In this document: positions 24,817-37,160 of the stretch, one piece after another
How positions within the stretch are numbered: position 1 is the stretch's first letter
Layout: the number at the start of each line of letters is the position of its first letter
Source: Octopus sinensis
Lineage: Eukaryota
Assembly (NCBI RefSeq): GCF_006345805.1
Contig: NW_021835003.1
Coordinates: 1-57,452 of the forward strand
DNA length: 57,452 nt
Direction of reading: 5' to 3'
Position numbers and translations under genes: made by a program
Notes under the pieces: model-generated
Database searches by the model: none
What the model was told of the DNA's origin: nothing
The model's input: the letters and a program-made list of their open reading frames with translations, nothing else

Positions 24817-25995
24817 AATCTGACATAGAAAGACTATATATACAACGTATAGAAGGTGGTAGAGGCTTATACAGCTGGAAAACTACTATAATAAAAAACC
24901 ACCATAGGACTGCAAAAATACCTACTTCAGAAGGAAGGAAAACTGATTCAGATAGCAGCAAAACACGAGCAAACAAAAAACTGTTCTCAGTATTTAAGGA
25001 GCTGACAAATACAAACAAGAAATCATACCACCTAAATAAACACAAAGAAGAAGAGAAGATGATGAAGAAGAAACAACAAAAGCTATAAAACAAATGAAAT
25101 CTAAACTAAAATAGAACAGCAACGAGCCATGATAAAACGATGGCAAGAAAAGCCCCTTCATGGAAATACTGCACTAAACTAAACGCAAAAGAAATAGACA
25201 AAGAAAAATCCCAGCAATGGTTGAGAAGCTCAGGACTCAAAGCAGAAACAGAGGGATTTTTAATTGCAGCACAAGACCAAAGCCTCCCCACCAGAAATTA
25301 CCAAAAACATGTAATGAAAAGAAATATTACAAGTAACTGCAGAATATGTGGAGATGGACAAGAAAAAAATAAATCATATTATCTCTAGCTGCCCAGTCCT
25401 GGCTAAAGGAATATATTCACAGACATGACAGAGTTGGAACCTACATACATTGGGAAGCTATGCCAACATTATGGAATAACAACAGAAAAAAGATGGTATA
25501 GGCACAAACAGAAAAGGTCACAGAAAACGAGAAGCAACCATACTCTGGGATATGCCGATACACACAGATAGAGAAATTAAGGCCAACAGACCAGATATAG
25601 TTGTCAGAGATCATGAAGAAAAAAAATGCTTTCTAATTATGTATCAATACCGGCAGATGACAACGTGTCTCTAAAAGAAATAGGAAGAAACTCTCAAATA
25701 CAAAGACCTGGAAATAGAGGTAACTAGAATGTGGAACCTGAAAACAGAAACAATTCCTATCATAGTAGGTGCATTAGGCATGATAAAAAAATATTCAGAC
25801 AAATACATAACAAAAACACCAGGACTTACAAACACATATAACATACAGAAAATTGCACTACTAGGCACTGCACACATCCTACGCAAACACTTTCCATACA
25901 ATAACTATCAGAGCATCACAACAAATCACAGCACACCCAAGGCACAGACTGCGCTCGGTGAAGTGAAGTGAAAGCACGCTATAAAAATAAAACTA

Positions 25996-25998
<3 letters not shown>
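24817..25998 (+). mobile_element. 5'-truncated R4/Dong-like RLE LINE inside (TAA)n
   Basis: RIEGGRGL; LKAETEGFLIAAQDQ; CRIC; RHDRV; ANRPDIV; IIVGALG; QKIALLGTAHILR; (TAA)n both sides. Confidence 0.9.
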
Positions 25999-26036
<38 letters not shown>

Positions 26037-26065
26037 TAATAATAATGATAATAATAATGATGATG

Positions 26066-26110
<45 letters not shown>

Positions 26111-26119
26111 TAATAATAG

Positions 26120-26202
26120 ATAATAACATCGAAAAATACCTTAGCAATGAGAACCCAGGTTCGAAATTTGCTCCAAGACACCTGAAGAAGGCTGGAGGGT
26201 AT
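26120..26202 (+). mobile_element. SINE F tail, truncated within hammerhead motif
   Basis: Matches 27808-27890. Confidence 0.75.
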
Positions 26203-26271
26203 GAATGCTGTATCGCATACACACATGCACATACACACATACACACACACATACACACACACATATATGCA

Positions 26272-26424
26272 TGGCTGTGTGGTAAGTAGCTTGCTAACCG
26301 ACCACATGGTTCCGGGTTCAGTCCCACTGCGTGGCATCTTGGGCAAGTGTCTTCTGCTATAGCCTCGGGCCGACCAAAGCCATGTGAGTGGATTTGGTAG
26401 ACGGAAACTGAAAGAAGCCTGTCG

Positions 26425-26457
<33 letters not shown>

Positions 26458-26678
26458 ATTATGTATGTTTGTGTGTCTGTGTTTATCCCCCTAGCATTGC
26501 TTGACAACCGGTGCTGGTGTGTTTACGTCCCCGTAACTTAGCGGTTCGGCAAAAGAGAACCGATAGAATAAGTCCTAGGCTTACAAAGAATAAGTCCCGG
26601 GTCGATTTGCTCGACCAAAGGCGGTGCTCCAGCATGGCCGCAGTCAAATGACTGAAACAAGTAAAAGAGTAAAAGAGT
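26272..26678 (+). mobile_element. SINE A, duplicated with flanks at 28861
   Basis: Family consensus; shared flanks. Confidence 0.9.
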
Positions 26679-26786
26679 ATATATTATATATATATGTGGG
26701 TGTGTGTGTGTGTGTGTGTAGATTATGTGCAGACACACACACACACACACATACACACACACACACCACACACACACACACACACA

Positions 26787-26830
<44 letters not shown>

Positions 26831-26839
26831 TCTTTTACT

Positions 26840-27102
26840 CTGAAAACAGAAACAATTCCTATCATAGTAGGTGCATTAGGCATGATAAAAAAATATTCAG
26901 ACAAATACATAACAAAAACACCAGGACTTACAAACACATATAACATACAGAAAATTGCACTACTAGGCACTGCACACATCCTACGCAGAACACTTTCCAT
27001 GCAATAACCATCAGAGCATCACAACAATCACAGCACATACCCAGGCACACAGAGCTGCGCTCGGTAGTGAAGTGAAAGCACGCTATAAAAATAAAACTAC
27101 TG
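26840..27102 (+). mobile_element. Second copy of Dong-like 3' end
   Basis: Matches 25740-25998; followed by (TAA)n. Confidence 0.9.
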
Positions 27103-27109
27103 AATAAGA

Positions 27110-27147
<38 letters not shown>

Positions 27148-27194
27148 TAATAATAATGATAATAATATGATAATAATAATGATGATGATAATAA

Positions 27195-27251
<57 letters not shown>

Positions 27252-27252
<1 letters not shown>

Positions 27253-27779
27253 TGCCTGATGCAGTACCAGGCAGTGGCTCTCATGGTTCTGATCTTAACT
27301 GATTGGAAGTGTTATCATGTAATTGTTTTGTCTTGTATAAAAGATGGGCTACAGCAAATATCTGCTCAATACCATAGATTTGCTTGTCAGTGGTTGACCT
27401 AACCAGTGAGATGTCCCTTAGTGGCTGACAAACGTGCATCTCTGATCACGAGCAGAAGTAGTGGGGGAAGCATATGCCATGTGGAGAGGGATTCTTTGGA
27501 GTTTGAATGGTCACCTCTGGAAACAGGTGTTTCTCAACATCCTAAAGCAACCATTATTCAAACCTTGACAGGATGCTACTCGACTGAAAGAAAATTCTAA
27601 ATGGGCCCCACCTGCAAGGTCATGTGCTGTTTATCTTGATATGAGATCACCATGTCGCGCACATATGGTTGTGATGCATGTGCCTTGTACCTTATCAGAC
27701 GGGTAGTCATGATGGGTATATTGGGCTTCGTATATTTTACCCCAGTGTCACTGATGGTATGAACTGCTCTTCTCACTCA
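27252..27779 (+). mobile_element. Unclassified ~530-bp element flanked by (TAA)n
   Basis: Non-microsatellite block bounded on both sides by TAA arrays. Confidence 0.45.
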
Positions 27780-27807
27780 ATAATAATAATAATAATAATA
27801 ATAATAG

Positions 27808-27955
27808 ATAATAACATCGAAAAATACCTTAGCAATGAGAACCCACGTTCGAAATTTGCTCCAAGACACCTGAAGAAGGCTGGAGGGTATATCAGCCGGA
27901 ACGTTGTGTTAACAACAAACAAGATGAGGACAAATATCCGTCGAATGTAAATAAT
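27808..27955 (+). mobile_element. SINE F tail
   Basis: Reverse complement of 24378-24505. Confidence 0.75.
27865..27910 (+). ncRNA. Minimal hammerhead-like motif
   Basis: Perfect stem II GGCTG/CAGCC, stem I GACAC/GTGTT; GAAA mutated to GGAA. Confidence 0.6.
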
Positions 27956-27974
27956 GTAAATAATGTACTTCGGG

Positions 27975-28150
27975 GTGGCTTGGGGTCCCCTTGGAAACAA
28001 GGGTGTCTCTTAAATGACATAAAGTCACACGAGTTAGAAATTATAGCCATAAGTGACACCATGCTCCATAAAACACGGGCCCTAAAGTCCATGTTTGGCC
28101 GACAATTTAACATACAAATCTGCACTTGCACTGATATCAAATACTGCATA
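27975..28150 (+). pseudogene. L1/Tx1-like APE endonuclease fragment
   Basis: GSPWKQGCLLNDIKSHELEIIAISDT resembles the APE N-terminal QET motif region. Confidence 0.4.
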
Positions 28151-28543
28151 TCTCTCTTTACTCTTTTACTTGTTTCAGTCATTTGACTGCGGCGATGCTG
28201 GAGCACCGCCTTTAGTCGAGCAAATCGACTCCGGGACTTATTCTTTGTAAGCCCAGTACTTATTCTATCGGTCTCGTTTGCCGAACCGCTAAGTTACAGG
28301 GACGTAAACACACCAGCATCTGTTGTCAAGCAATGCTAGGGGGACTTACACAGACACACAAACACACACACACATATATATATATACATATATATATACG
28401 ACAGGCTTCTTTCAGTTTCCGTCTACCAAATCCACTCACAAGGCATTGGTTGGCCCGGGGCTATAGTAGAAGACACTTGCCCAAGGTGCCACGCAGTGGG
28501 AGTGAACCCGGAACCATGTGGCTGGTAAGCAAGCTACTTACCA
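28151..28543 (-). mobile_element. SINE A
   Basis: Family consensus. Confidence 0.9.
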
Positions 28544-28860
28544 CATACATGCAAAAGTACCCTGTTGATGTCGAAATTCTAATGAAGGAGCCTTGGATCT
28601 CGGATAGAAACCGTCTCTTTCTCTATTGGTAAGGAATCTTCAAATAAAACTGAATAATGACATTCATACATGTGTGTGTGTGTGTGTGTGTGTACTCACT
28701 CATATACATTAGTAAAAAAATGTAGATACACAAAAGTAGGTGTAAAGTATTTTAATGTAGAAGTGGCATATGCAAATACACAAATGAAAGCTGTATCGCA
28801 TACACACGTGCACAAGCACACATACACACACATACATACACACACATACACATATATGCA

Positions 28861-29274
28861 TGGCTGTGTGGTAAGTAGCTTGCTAACCAACCACATGGTT
28901 CCGAGTTCAGTCCCACTGCGTGGCATCTTGGGCAAGTGTCTTTGCTCTAGCTCGGGACGACAAAGCCATGTGAGTGGATTTGGTAGACGGAAACTGAAGA
29001 AGCCTTCGTATATTGTATATGATATATATATATATATATATAGATATATATATATATATATAGTTTGTGTGTCTGTGTTTGTCCCTCTAGCATTGCTTGA
29101 CAACCCGGTGCTGGTGTGTTTACGTCCCCGAACTTAGCGGTTGGCAAAAGAGAACCGATAGAATAAGTCCTAGGCTTACAAAGAATAAGTCCCGGGTCGA
29201 TTGCTGACCAAAGGCGTGCTCTGCATGGCCGCAGTCAAATGACTGAAACAAGTAAAAGAGTAAAAGTAAAAAGA

Positions 29275-29276
<2 letters not shown>
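28861..29276 (+). mobile_element. SINE A, indel-rich duplicate of 26272
   Basis: Same flanks; many 1-bp deletions. Confidence 0.9.
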
Positions 29277-29330
<54 letters not shown>

Positions 29331-29784
29331 AGATTATGTGCAGACGCACACACACACACACACATACACACACACACTTATACGAGGATAATATATGTAT
29401 CTGCGTGTATATAATTACACTCACAGATATACATGCATATGCATACATACATACATACATACACATACGCATGCATATAGATATGTGTGAGTAAATATAT
29501 ATATGCATATATAATATACATGTTTGATATATAAGGACACATACGTAACTATACATATAAATATACATTCTTGAATACAAACATAAATACATACTTATAC
29601 GTTCAAACACACAGTCTCATACGCACACACACACACCACACACACACACACACACTCACACACTCATGCACACACACACACTCACACACATACACACATT
29701 TAAAGTGATAGATATTTATATATATATAAATATATACCCTACTCCATACATCGATCAACAGAGGCAAATTTACATCGTTATGCG

Positions 29785-29838
29785 ATATCATCATCATCAT
29801 CATCATCATTATTATTATTATTATTATTATTATCATTA

Positions 29839-29869
<31 letters not shown>

Positions 29870-30033
29870 TATCATCATTATTATCATCATCATCATTATT
29901 ATTATTATTATTATTATTATCATTATTATCATCATCATTCTTCTTCTTCTTCTTCTTCTTCTTCTTATCTTCTTCTTCTTATTATTATTATTATCATTAT
30001 CGTTATTATCATCATCATCATATCATCATCATC

Positions 30034-30069
<36 letters not shown>

Positions 30070-30264
30070 CATCATATCATCATATCATTCTAATTATCAT
30101 TAGCATATCATTATCTTATCATTATTATTCATCATTATTATATATATTATATATTATTATTATTATATTATATCATTATTATTATCATTCTTCTTCTTTC
30201 TCTTCTTCTTCTTCTTCTTCTTCTTCTTATTATTATTATTATTATTATTATCATTATCGTTATT

Positions 30265-30299
<35 letters not shown>

Positions 30300-30336
30300 T
30301 ATTATTATTATTATTACCATTATCGTTATCATTATT

Positions 30337-30389
<53 letters not shown>

Positions 30390-30394
30390 AATCA

Positions 30395-30425
<31 letters not shown>
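29785..30425. repeat. Compound (ATT/ATC/TTC)n microsatellite
   Basis: Direct reading. Confidence 0.95.
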
Positions 30426-30427
<2 letters not shown>

Positions 30428-30789
30428 GCAGTTTGACATTGATATATAACTTCAATTCATTACAAGTAACTTGTTAAAACACAGATACATCTAACCATCC
30501 ACGCATACATCAATGTAGAGATAAATTTTATCCGAAAACTGTGATTCTCTATTTTTCCCTTTTTAAAAAAAAAACCCCAAAAAGCAAAAAAACAAAAAAA
30601 CAAAACAACAACAGATGTTGTTTTCCTTTGTTTGAGACAATGTTTAGTTAATAACGTCTAATGAGGAGGAAGATTGTTAACTGTAGGTGAAATGATGTGG
30701 GCGGGGCAAAAGATGCTGTGTACTTGGTTTCTGCTTAAACATTGATAGGGTGAAACAAATATCTGTCTATTAATACTTTTCACGGCTAA

Positions 30790-30903
30790 GGCGGCAAGCT
30801 GACGGAATTGTTAGCGCGCTAGGCAAAAAATGCTTAGCGGCATTTCGTCCGTCTTTAAGTTCTGAGTTCAAATTCCGACGAGGTCGACTTATCCTTTCGG
30901 GGG
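30790..30903 (+). mobile_element. SINE B 5' fragment
   Basis: Head consensus. Confidence 0.75.
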
Positions 30904-30904
30904 T

Positions 30905-31473
30905 TACTCTTTTACTCTTCTTTTACGTGTTTCAGTCATTTGACTGTGGCCATGCTGGGACCGCCGCCTTTAGTCGATCGAGCAAATCGAACCCCAGGAC
31001 TTATTCTTTGTAAGCCTAGTACTTATTCTATCGGTTCTCTTTTGCCGAACCGCTAAGTTACGGGGACGTAAACACACCAGCATCGGTTGTCAAGCGATGT
31101 GGGGGGGACAAACACAGACATACAAACACACACACACACCCCCACACACACAACATATATATATATACATACATATAACGAAGGGCTTCTTTCAGTTTCC
31201 GTCTACCAAATCCACTCACAAGGCTTTGATCGGCCTGAGGCTATAGTAGAAGACACTTGCCCAAGGTGCCACGCAGTGGGACTGAACCCGGAAAGAAGCC
31301 CGTCGTTATATGTATGTATATATATATGTGTGTGTGTGTGTGTTTGTATGTCTGTGTTTGTCCCCTCAACATCGCTTGACAACCGATGCTGGTGTGTTTA
31401 CGTCGCCGTAACTTAGCAGTTCGGCAAAAGAGAACCGATAGAATAAGTCCTAGGCTTACAAAGAATAAGTCCC
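30905..31473. mobile_element. Fold-back SINE A (minus 30905-31292, plus 31291-31473)
   Basis: Orientation flips at a GAA microhomology. Confidence 0.85.
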
Positions 31474-31604
31474 CTGAAATCGGATGTCACCAGCCGAAAT
31501 ACCCACTTCACACAGTCCGATACCCAATGTCAATTCTTATGATGTAAGCAATCTTATATGACATCTTATATCCCCTTAAGACTTAGTACTATAGTTAAAA
31601 TAAA

Positions 31605-31828
31605 TGCGCCCTTTTAAAGCCGGTTTCTATGGCGTATGTGTTCCCCAAGCTGGACGGGTCGCCAGTCCGTCGCAGCGTTACTCATTTTTGCCAGCTGAGT
31701 GGACTGGAGCAACGTGTAATGAAGTGCTTTGCTCAAGAACACAACGAATCGCCCGGTCCAGGAATCGAAACCACAATCTTACGATCATGATGCTGAAACC
31801 CTAACCACTAAGCTACGCGCCCCCACAG
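31605..31828 (-). mobile_element. SINE family E (CORE/V-like centre, tail 3)
   Basis: tRNA head + TTCTTGAGCAAAGCACTT..CACTCAGCTGGCAAAAATGAGT. Confidence 0.75.
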
Positions 31829-32029
31829 TACTATAGTTAGCAGGAGTATAATATGACTCCCGAGGGCTTATATATGGATTAAAATCCAAAGCAAATTCGT
31901 CTTGGATATATTCAACAAAGATAATAGTTGGGAACGTTACACACACACATATATATATATCAAACTATGTATTCATCTCGCTCTCTTTCTGTCTCTTTCT
32001 CTCTCACTCTCTCTCTCGATATATATATA

Positions 32030-32339
32030 TATATCACTTGATTACGTGACCGACCAGGCTATCAGATGTTGCTATATATCGCTGGTCACAATGCGCTTCG
32101 CATTGTTTTAGCCTTCAGATGACGCCACCCCGCTCGATAAGCGAGCAGGCCAAGAGAAGAAAGAGTGAGAGAAAATCGTGGCGAAAGAGTACAGCAGGGA
32201 TCACCTCCAACCCCTGCCGGAGCCTCGTGGAGCTTTAGGTGTTTTCGCTCAATAAACACTCACAATGCCCGGTCCAGGAATCGAAACCGCGAGCCTACGA
32301 CTGCGAGTCCGCTGCCCTAACCACCGGGCCATTGCGCCT
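32030..32339 (-). mobile_element. SINE with C head and body and tail 2
   Basis: 32160-32339 matches C; 32030-32150 is a different tail. Confidence 0.85.
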
Positions 32340-32427
32340 ACATATATATACATACACACACACACACGCACATATATATATAAATACAAATATTTATATA
32401 TATAGATATATGAGTGAGTGAGTGAGT

Positions 32428-32465
<38 letters not shown>

Positions 32466-32959
32466 GTTCCTTACTATGACCTTTGTTCAATATATCTAGG
32501 ACAATGAGTTTGCTTCGGACTTTAATGCCTATATAAACCCCTGGGAGTCATATTATACCCCTGCTAATTACAGTATTAAGTCTTACACCACACATTGTGA
32601 AATGCAACGCTTTTCACTAATTATTTTGGTTCAAGGATATAGTGATGTAGATTTCCTTAGCTACGAACCAAGTATCCAGTTTCTCCACAAAAAAGAAAAA
32701 AAAAGATGAATTTTGAAACGTTGCTGTCTTCAGTTATCTGCAACTGTTGGCAATCCGAAGCAAGCACAAACGTCAACAAACTGGCAATATTCCAACTGCC
32801 ACATAACGCCAGAATAGAATGAGCCAAACGGTATATAGAATAATTATGAAATATCAAAACAATGGATGCAGGCAGAACGAAATGATAAAGAAACTAGCCT
32901 CGCAATCATAAGGTATTGGGTTCAATCTCGTTGCATGGAACCTCGGGTAAATATCTGCA

Positions 32960-33362
32960 ACTCTTTACTCTTTTACTTGTTTCAGTCATTTGACTACGGC
33001 CATGCTGGAGCACCGCCTTTAATCGAGCAACTCGACCCCGGCACTTATTCTTTGTAAGGCCAGTACTTATTCTATCGGTCTGTTTTGCCGAAGCGCTAAG
33101 TGACGGGGACATAAACACACCAGCATCGGTTGTCAAGCAATGCTAGGGGGACAAACACAGACATACAAACATACACACATACATATATGTATACATATAT
33201 ACGACGGGCTTCTTTCAGTTTCCATCTACCAAATCCACTCACAAGGCTTTGGTCGGCCCGAGGCTATAGTAGAAGACACTTGCCCAAGGTGCCACGCAGT
33301 GGGACTGAACCCGGAACCATGTGGTTGGTAAATAAGCTACTTACCACACAACCACTCCTGCA
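32960..33362 (-). mobile_element. SINE A
   Basis: Family consensus. Confidence 0.9.
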
Positions 33363-33404
33363 AGATTTTCGGGTCGACAGCAGCCTTGTGAATGGTATTG
33401 GTTA

Positions 33405-33634
33405 GGCGGCGAGCTGGCAGAATCGTTAGCACGTCGGGCGAAATGCTTAGCGGTATTTTGGCTGCCGTTACGTTGTGAGTTCAAATTCCGCCGAGGTCGA
33501 CTTTGCCCTTCATCCTTTCGGGGTCGATAAATTAAGTACCAGTTACGCACTGGGGTCGATATAATCGACTTAACACCTATGCCTGTCCATGTTTGTCCCC
33601 TCTATGTTTAGCCCCTTGTGGGTAATAAAGAAAT
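33405..33634 (+). mobile_element. SINE B, one unit
   Basis: Family consensus; GGT(A/T)TTGGTTA on both flanks. Confidence 0.9.
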
Positions 33635-33644
33635 AGGTTTTGGT

Positions 33645-33890
33645 TAGTCCACATTACTCCGTAAGTTGCATAGGGCCAGTTTCCTGGTTTCCCTAACGTA
33701 TATATTCTTCCTGGGACGAGACGCCGGTCCGTCAAATGATTACCCATTCTCACCTGCTGAGTTGAATGGAGCAAAATGAAATGAAGTGTTTTGCTCAAAA
33801 ACACAGCACATCGCCCGTTCCAGGAATCGAAACCACAATCTTTCGATCATGAGCCCAACACCTTATCCGCTAATCCATGTGCCTCCACTG
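33645..33890 (-). mobile_element. SINE E, diverged
   Basis: Similar to 31605-31828. Confidence 0.65.
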
Positions 33891-33925
33891 TAATTGATAT
33901 TAAGGGATGGAAACTGTTTAGAAGT

Positions 33926-34260
33926 GGAGGCGCGTGGCCTAGTGGTTAGGGTGTTACACTCGCGATTGCAAGACCGTGGTATCGAGTCACGGACCGGGTG
34001 TTTTGTTCTTGAGCGAAACCTTTTATTTCATGTTGCTCCACTTTACTCAGCTGTAAATGAGTAGCCTTGCTACGGCCTGGTATCCTATTGAGTGGAGAAT
34101 TACACAACATGGAGGAATTGGCCTCATGAATCCTAGAGCTAGAATCCCAGAGCTAGAGCGGGGTGGCGTCATTTGAAGGCTAAAACAATGCAAAACGCAT
34201 GTGACCAGCAAGTGTGCATCATATCTGATAGCCTGGTCGGTCACGGTGATCACCGGTGAT
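33926..34260 (+). mobile_element. SINE E head and centre ending in tail 2
   Basis: GGAGGCGCGTGGCCTAGTGG head; tail 2 at 34155-34260. Confidence 0.65.
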
Positions 34261-34277
34261 ATATATGAATATATATA

Positions 34278-34361
<84 letters not shown>

Positions 34362-34410
34362 TGTATATATATATATATATATATATAATGTATGTATATA
34401 TGTGTGTGTG

Positions 34411-34678
34411 TGGAATCGCAAGGCCCAGTGGTCAGGGCAGCGGACTCACGGTCGTGGAATCGCAGTTTCGATTCCCAGACCGGGCATTGTGAGTGCTTAT
34501 TGAGCAAAATCACCCAAAACTCCACGAGGCTCCGGCAGTGGAGGTGGCGAAACCTGCTGTACTCTTTCGCCACAACTTTCACTCTTTCTTCCTCTTTCTG
34601 TTGTACCTGTATTTTAAAGGGCCAGCCTTGTCACACATTGTGTCAAGCTGAATATCCCCGAGAACTACGTTAAAGGTA
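34411..34678 (+). mobile_element. SINE C variant, 3'-truncated
   Basis: Shares diagnostic changes with 37161 copy. Confidence 0.8.
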
Positions 34679-34705
34679 TTGACGAGTTGATGACAATAAT
34701 AGCTT

Positions 34706-35122
34706 CAAATTTTGGCGCAAGGCTAGCAAGTTCAGGGGCAGGGGTCAAACCGATTACATCGACCCCAGTACACAACTGGTACTTATTTTATCGACGCCGA
34801 AAGGATAAAAGGCACAGTCGACCTTAGAGGAAATTGAACTCAAAATGTGAAGGACGAAATGCCGCTAAGCATTTCTCCCGTTCTGCTAACGATTCGGCCA
34901 GGTCAGCGCCGCGGGTTGATGATAATAATAATTTCTACTATAGGCACAAGGAGTGAAATTCTGGGGGAGGGAAACAGTCTATCAACTGTTACTTATTTCA
35001 TCGATCCTGGAAAGATGAAAGGCAAAGTCGACCTTAGGGGAATTTGAAGTCAGAACATAAAGACGGACGAAATTCCGCTAAGCATTTCTCGCAGCGTGCT
35101 AACGATTCTGCCAACACACCGC
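34706..35122 (-). mobile_element. Two adjacent old SINE B (B0) copies
   Basis: Diverged B head and centre with older tail. Confidence 0.7.
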
Positions 35123-35741
35123 TTTGGGGTTGATGATAATAAAACTGTTTAGAAGTCTGTCATATGGATTGTGCCTGTAATGGCACAAGAACCCCTCTCT
35201 TATGAACCTTTAGAAAATACATACAAGCACTTAGTAATTGAAATACACCCTAGAAATGAGCAGAGTAATAATAATATAACACACTATCCACTAGCTTAGA
35301 TTATAAATATAAGCCATTATTTACAATCGGATAATTGAGTATAATATAATGTAATTTATCATAGCTAAACTAACTAATATACAGTAACCCATAGATACCT
35401 ACACTCCATAGCTGACACCCTTATCCGAACACAAATATCTCCAATTTGCAACTGGTATTACCTTTTCCCTTAGACCTAAATTGAATACTATTCCAATACG
35501 GAATTAATTAATTAATTAATTATTAATTAATTAATTAATTAATTAGAAATACACGGGTAACCCCCCCCCCTTTAGCTATACACAAAATTACCGATAGCTG
35601 TATATATATATATATATATATATATCAATGTAAACATTTTCTTAAAACTACCCCTTCTTAATAAAAACACATAATTTAATAATTTAATACTAGAACACAG
35701 TGCCACTCCGTTAATATCTAATATTCTATATTTTTCTCAAC

Positions 35742-36075
35742 CGAGGAAAACTTCGACCAAGATCAAAATAATTAACGGAAGAAATGACAGATGGTTATGT
35801 GCGGACCCTTCTGAAGTTCCAAGTGTTATGCATACAAAATTTCGTGCAACTGTTATGGTTTTAGGGTTTGTCAGCAATGAAGGACATGTGATGCCTCCTT
35901 ACTTCTTTCCACAAGGCCATAGAGTTAACTTTACCGTCTACATTGAGGTCCTGGAAACAACTGTTAAGCCCTGGATAATCAGTGTATGCAATGGAAGGCC
36001 ATATTTGTTTCAGTAAGACTCTGCACTATCACTCATGGCTCTAGTAACACAGGAATGGATGACTGAAAATTTTCA
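35742..36075 (+). pseudogene. Tc1/mariner DD37D (maT-like) transposase fragment
   Basis: NDRWLCADPSEVP..TKFRATVMVLGFVSNEGHVMPP..VKPW..GRPYLFQ*DSA. Confidence 0.8.
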
Positions 36076-36394
36076 TATTATAATAACATCGGGAAGGAAA
36101 GTTTCATTAAAGTCATGTATCGCCTTGACCTTCGAAACGTGGAGTAGATGAAACAAAGGCGACTGAAGAAGGGGAATTTTCCTTGTTTTGTGTGTCCTGT
36201 ATGTCCCTTTTTTCGTTGTTTAAGAAAAATGTCCATTTCCTTGGTTTTGTGTTTATGTTTTCGTTTCTCATTGTGTTCGATGTATATATACATGTAGAGG
36301 TAGGTATGTACATATATGTATGTATATATGCATATGTTTTATTTATTTATTATTATATAATATATATAATATATATATATATATTATATATATA

Positions 36395-36570
36395 TATACG
36401 TACGCCATGATAGATCGTTAGCCACTACACACATTTTTTTCTCTCCTTGTTTTTTCTGTGTCCCTTTCTGTAAAAGAGCGTAGGCTCGAAACGTTAAAGA
36501 CTTTTCTATTCTGAGCGTTATACTAATACATCTGTTTTTTGTACACCACCTGTCTTCGTCTTTTGTTTTT
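36395..36570 (+). mobile_element. Penelope pLTR-like fragment with degenerate hammerhead-like motif (36464-36500)
   Basis: CTTT-CTGTAAAA-GAGC(GTAG)GCTC-GAAAC-GTT-AAAG. Confidence 0.4.
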
Positions 36571-36601
36571 TTTCGTAACTCTCGCTATTATATATTATAT
36601 A

Positions 36602-36644
<43 letters not shown>

Positions 36645-36954
36645 ATTATATTCAGTTGAATTACATACTTAAACTGAGGTACGTTGCCAGTTCGGTATAG
36701 ATCGCAGACTTCCACACATATAACATAAGGAAACAATTTTGGTTTCTATTATTGATGTAAATTTGTTAAAAATGGCTTATCCTTTATGTTTGAAATCTGT
36801 ATGGTCATCTACAATTGAGGAGACCGGTTTCTTTCAAATTCATGTAATGTTTTCATTGATCAATTGTTCAGTTAAATGGAACCACTTGAAACGGCCGTAA
36901 TGTATTGACACCTGTACATCCTTGTTACTTATTTACATTCTCTCTCTCTCTCTC

Positions 36955-36988
<34 letters not shown>

Positions 36989-36989
<1 letters not shown>

Positions 36990-37109
36990 TGGCCTGCTCG
37001 CTTAGCCAGCGGGGTGGCGTCATTTGAAGGCTAAAACAATGCAAAACGCATTGTGACCAGCAATGTGTAGCAACATCTGATAGCCTGGTCGGTCACGGTG
37101 ATCACGGTG

Positions 37110-37110
<1 letters not shown>
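36989..37110 (+). mobile_element. Tail-2 SINE fragment
   Basis: Matches 34155-34260. Confidence 0.75.
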
Positions 37111-37140
<30 letters not shown>

Positions 37141-37160
37141 GTGTGTGTGTGTGTGTGTGT

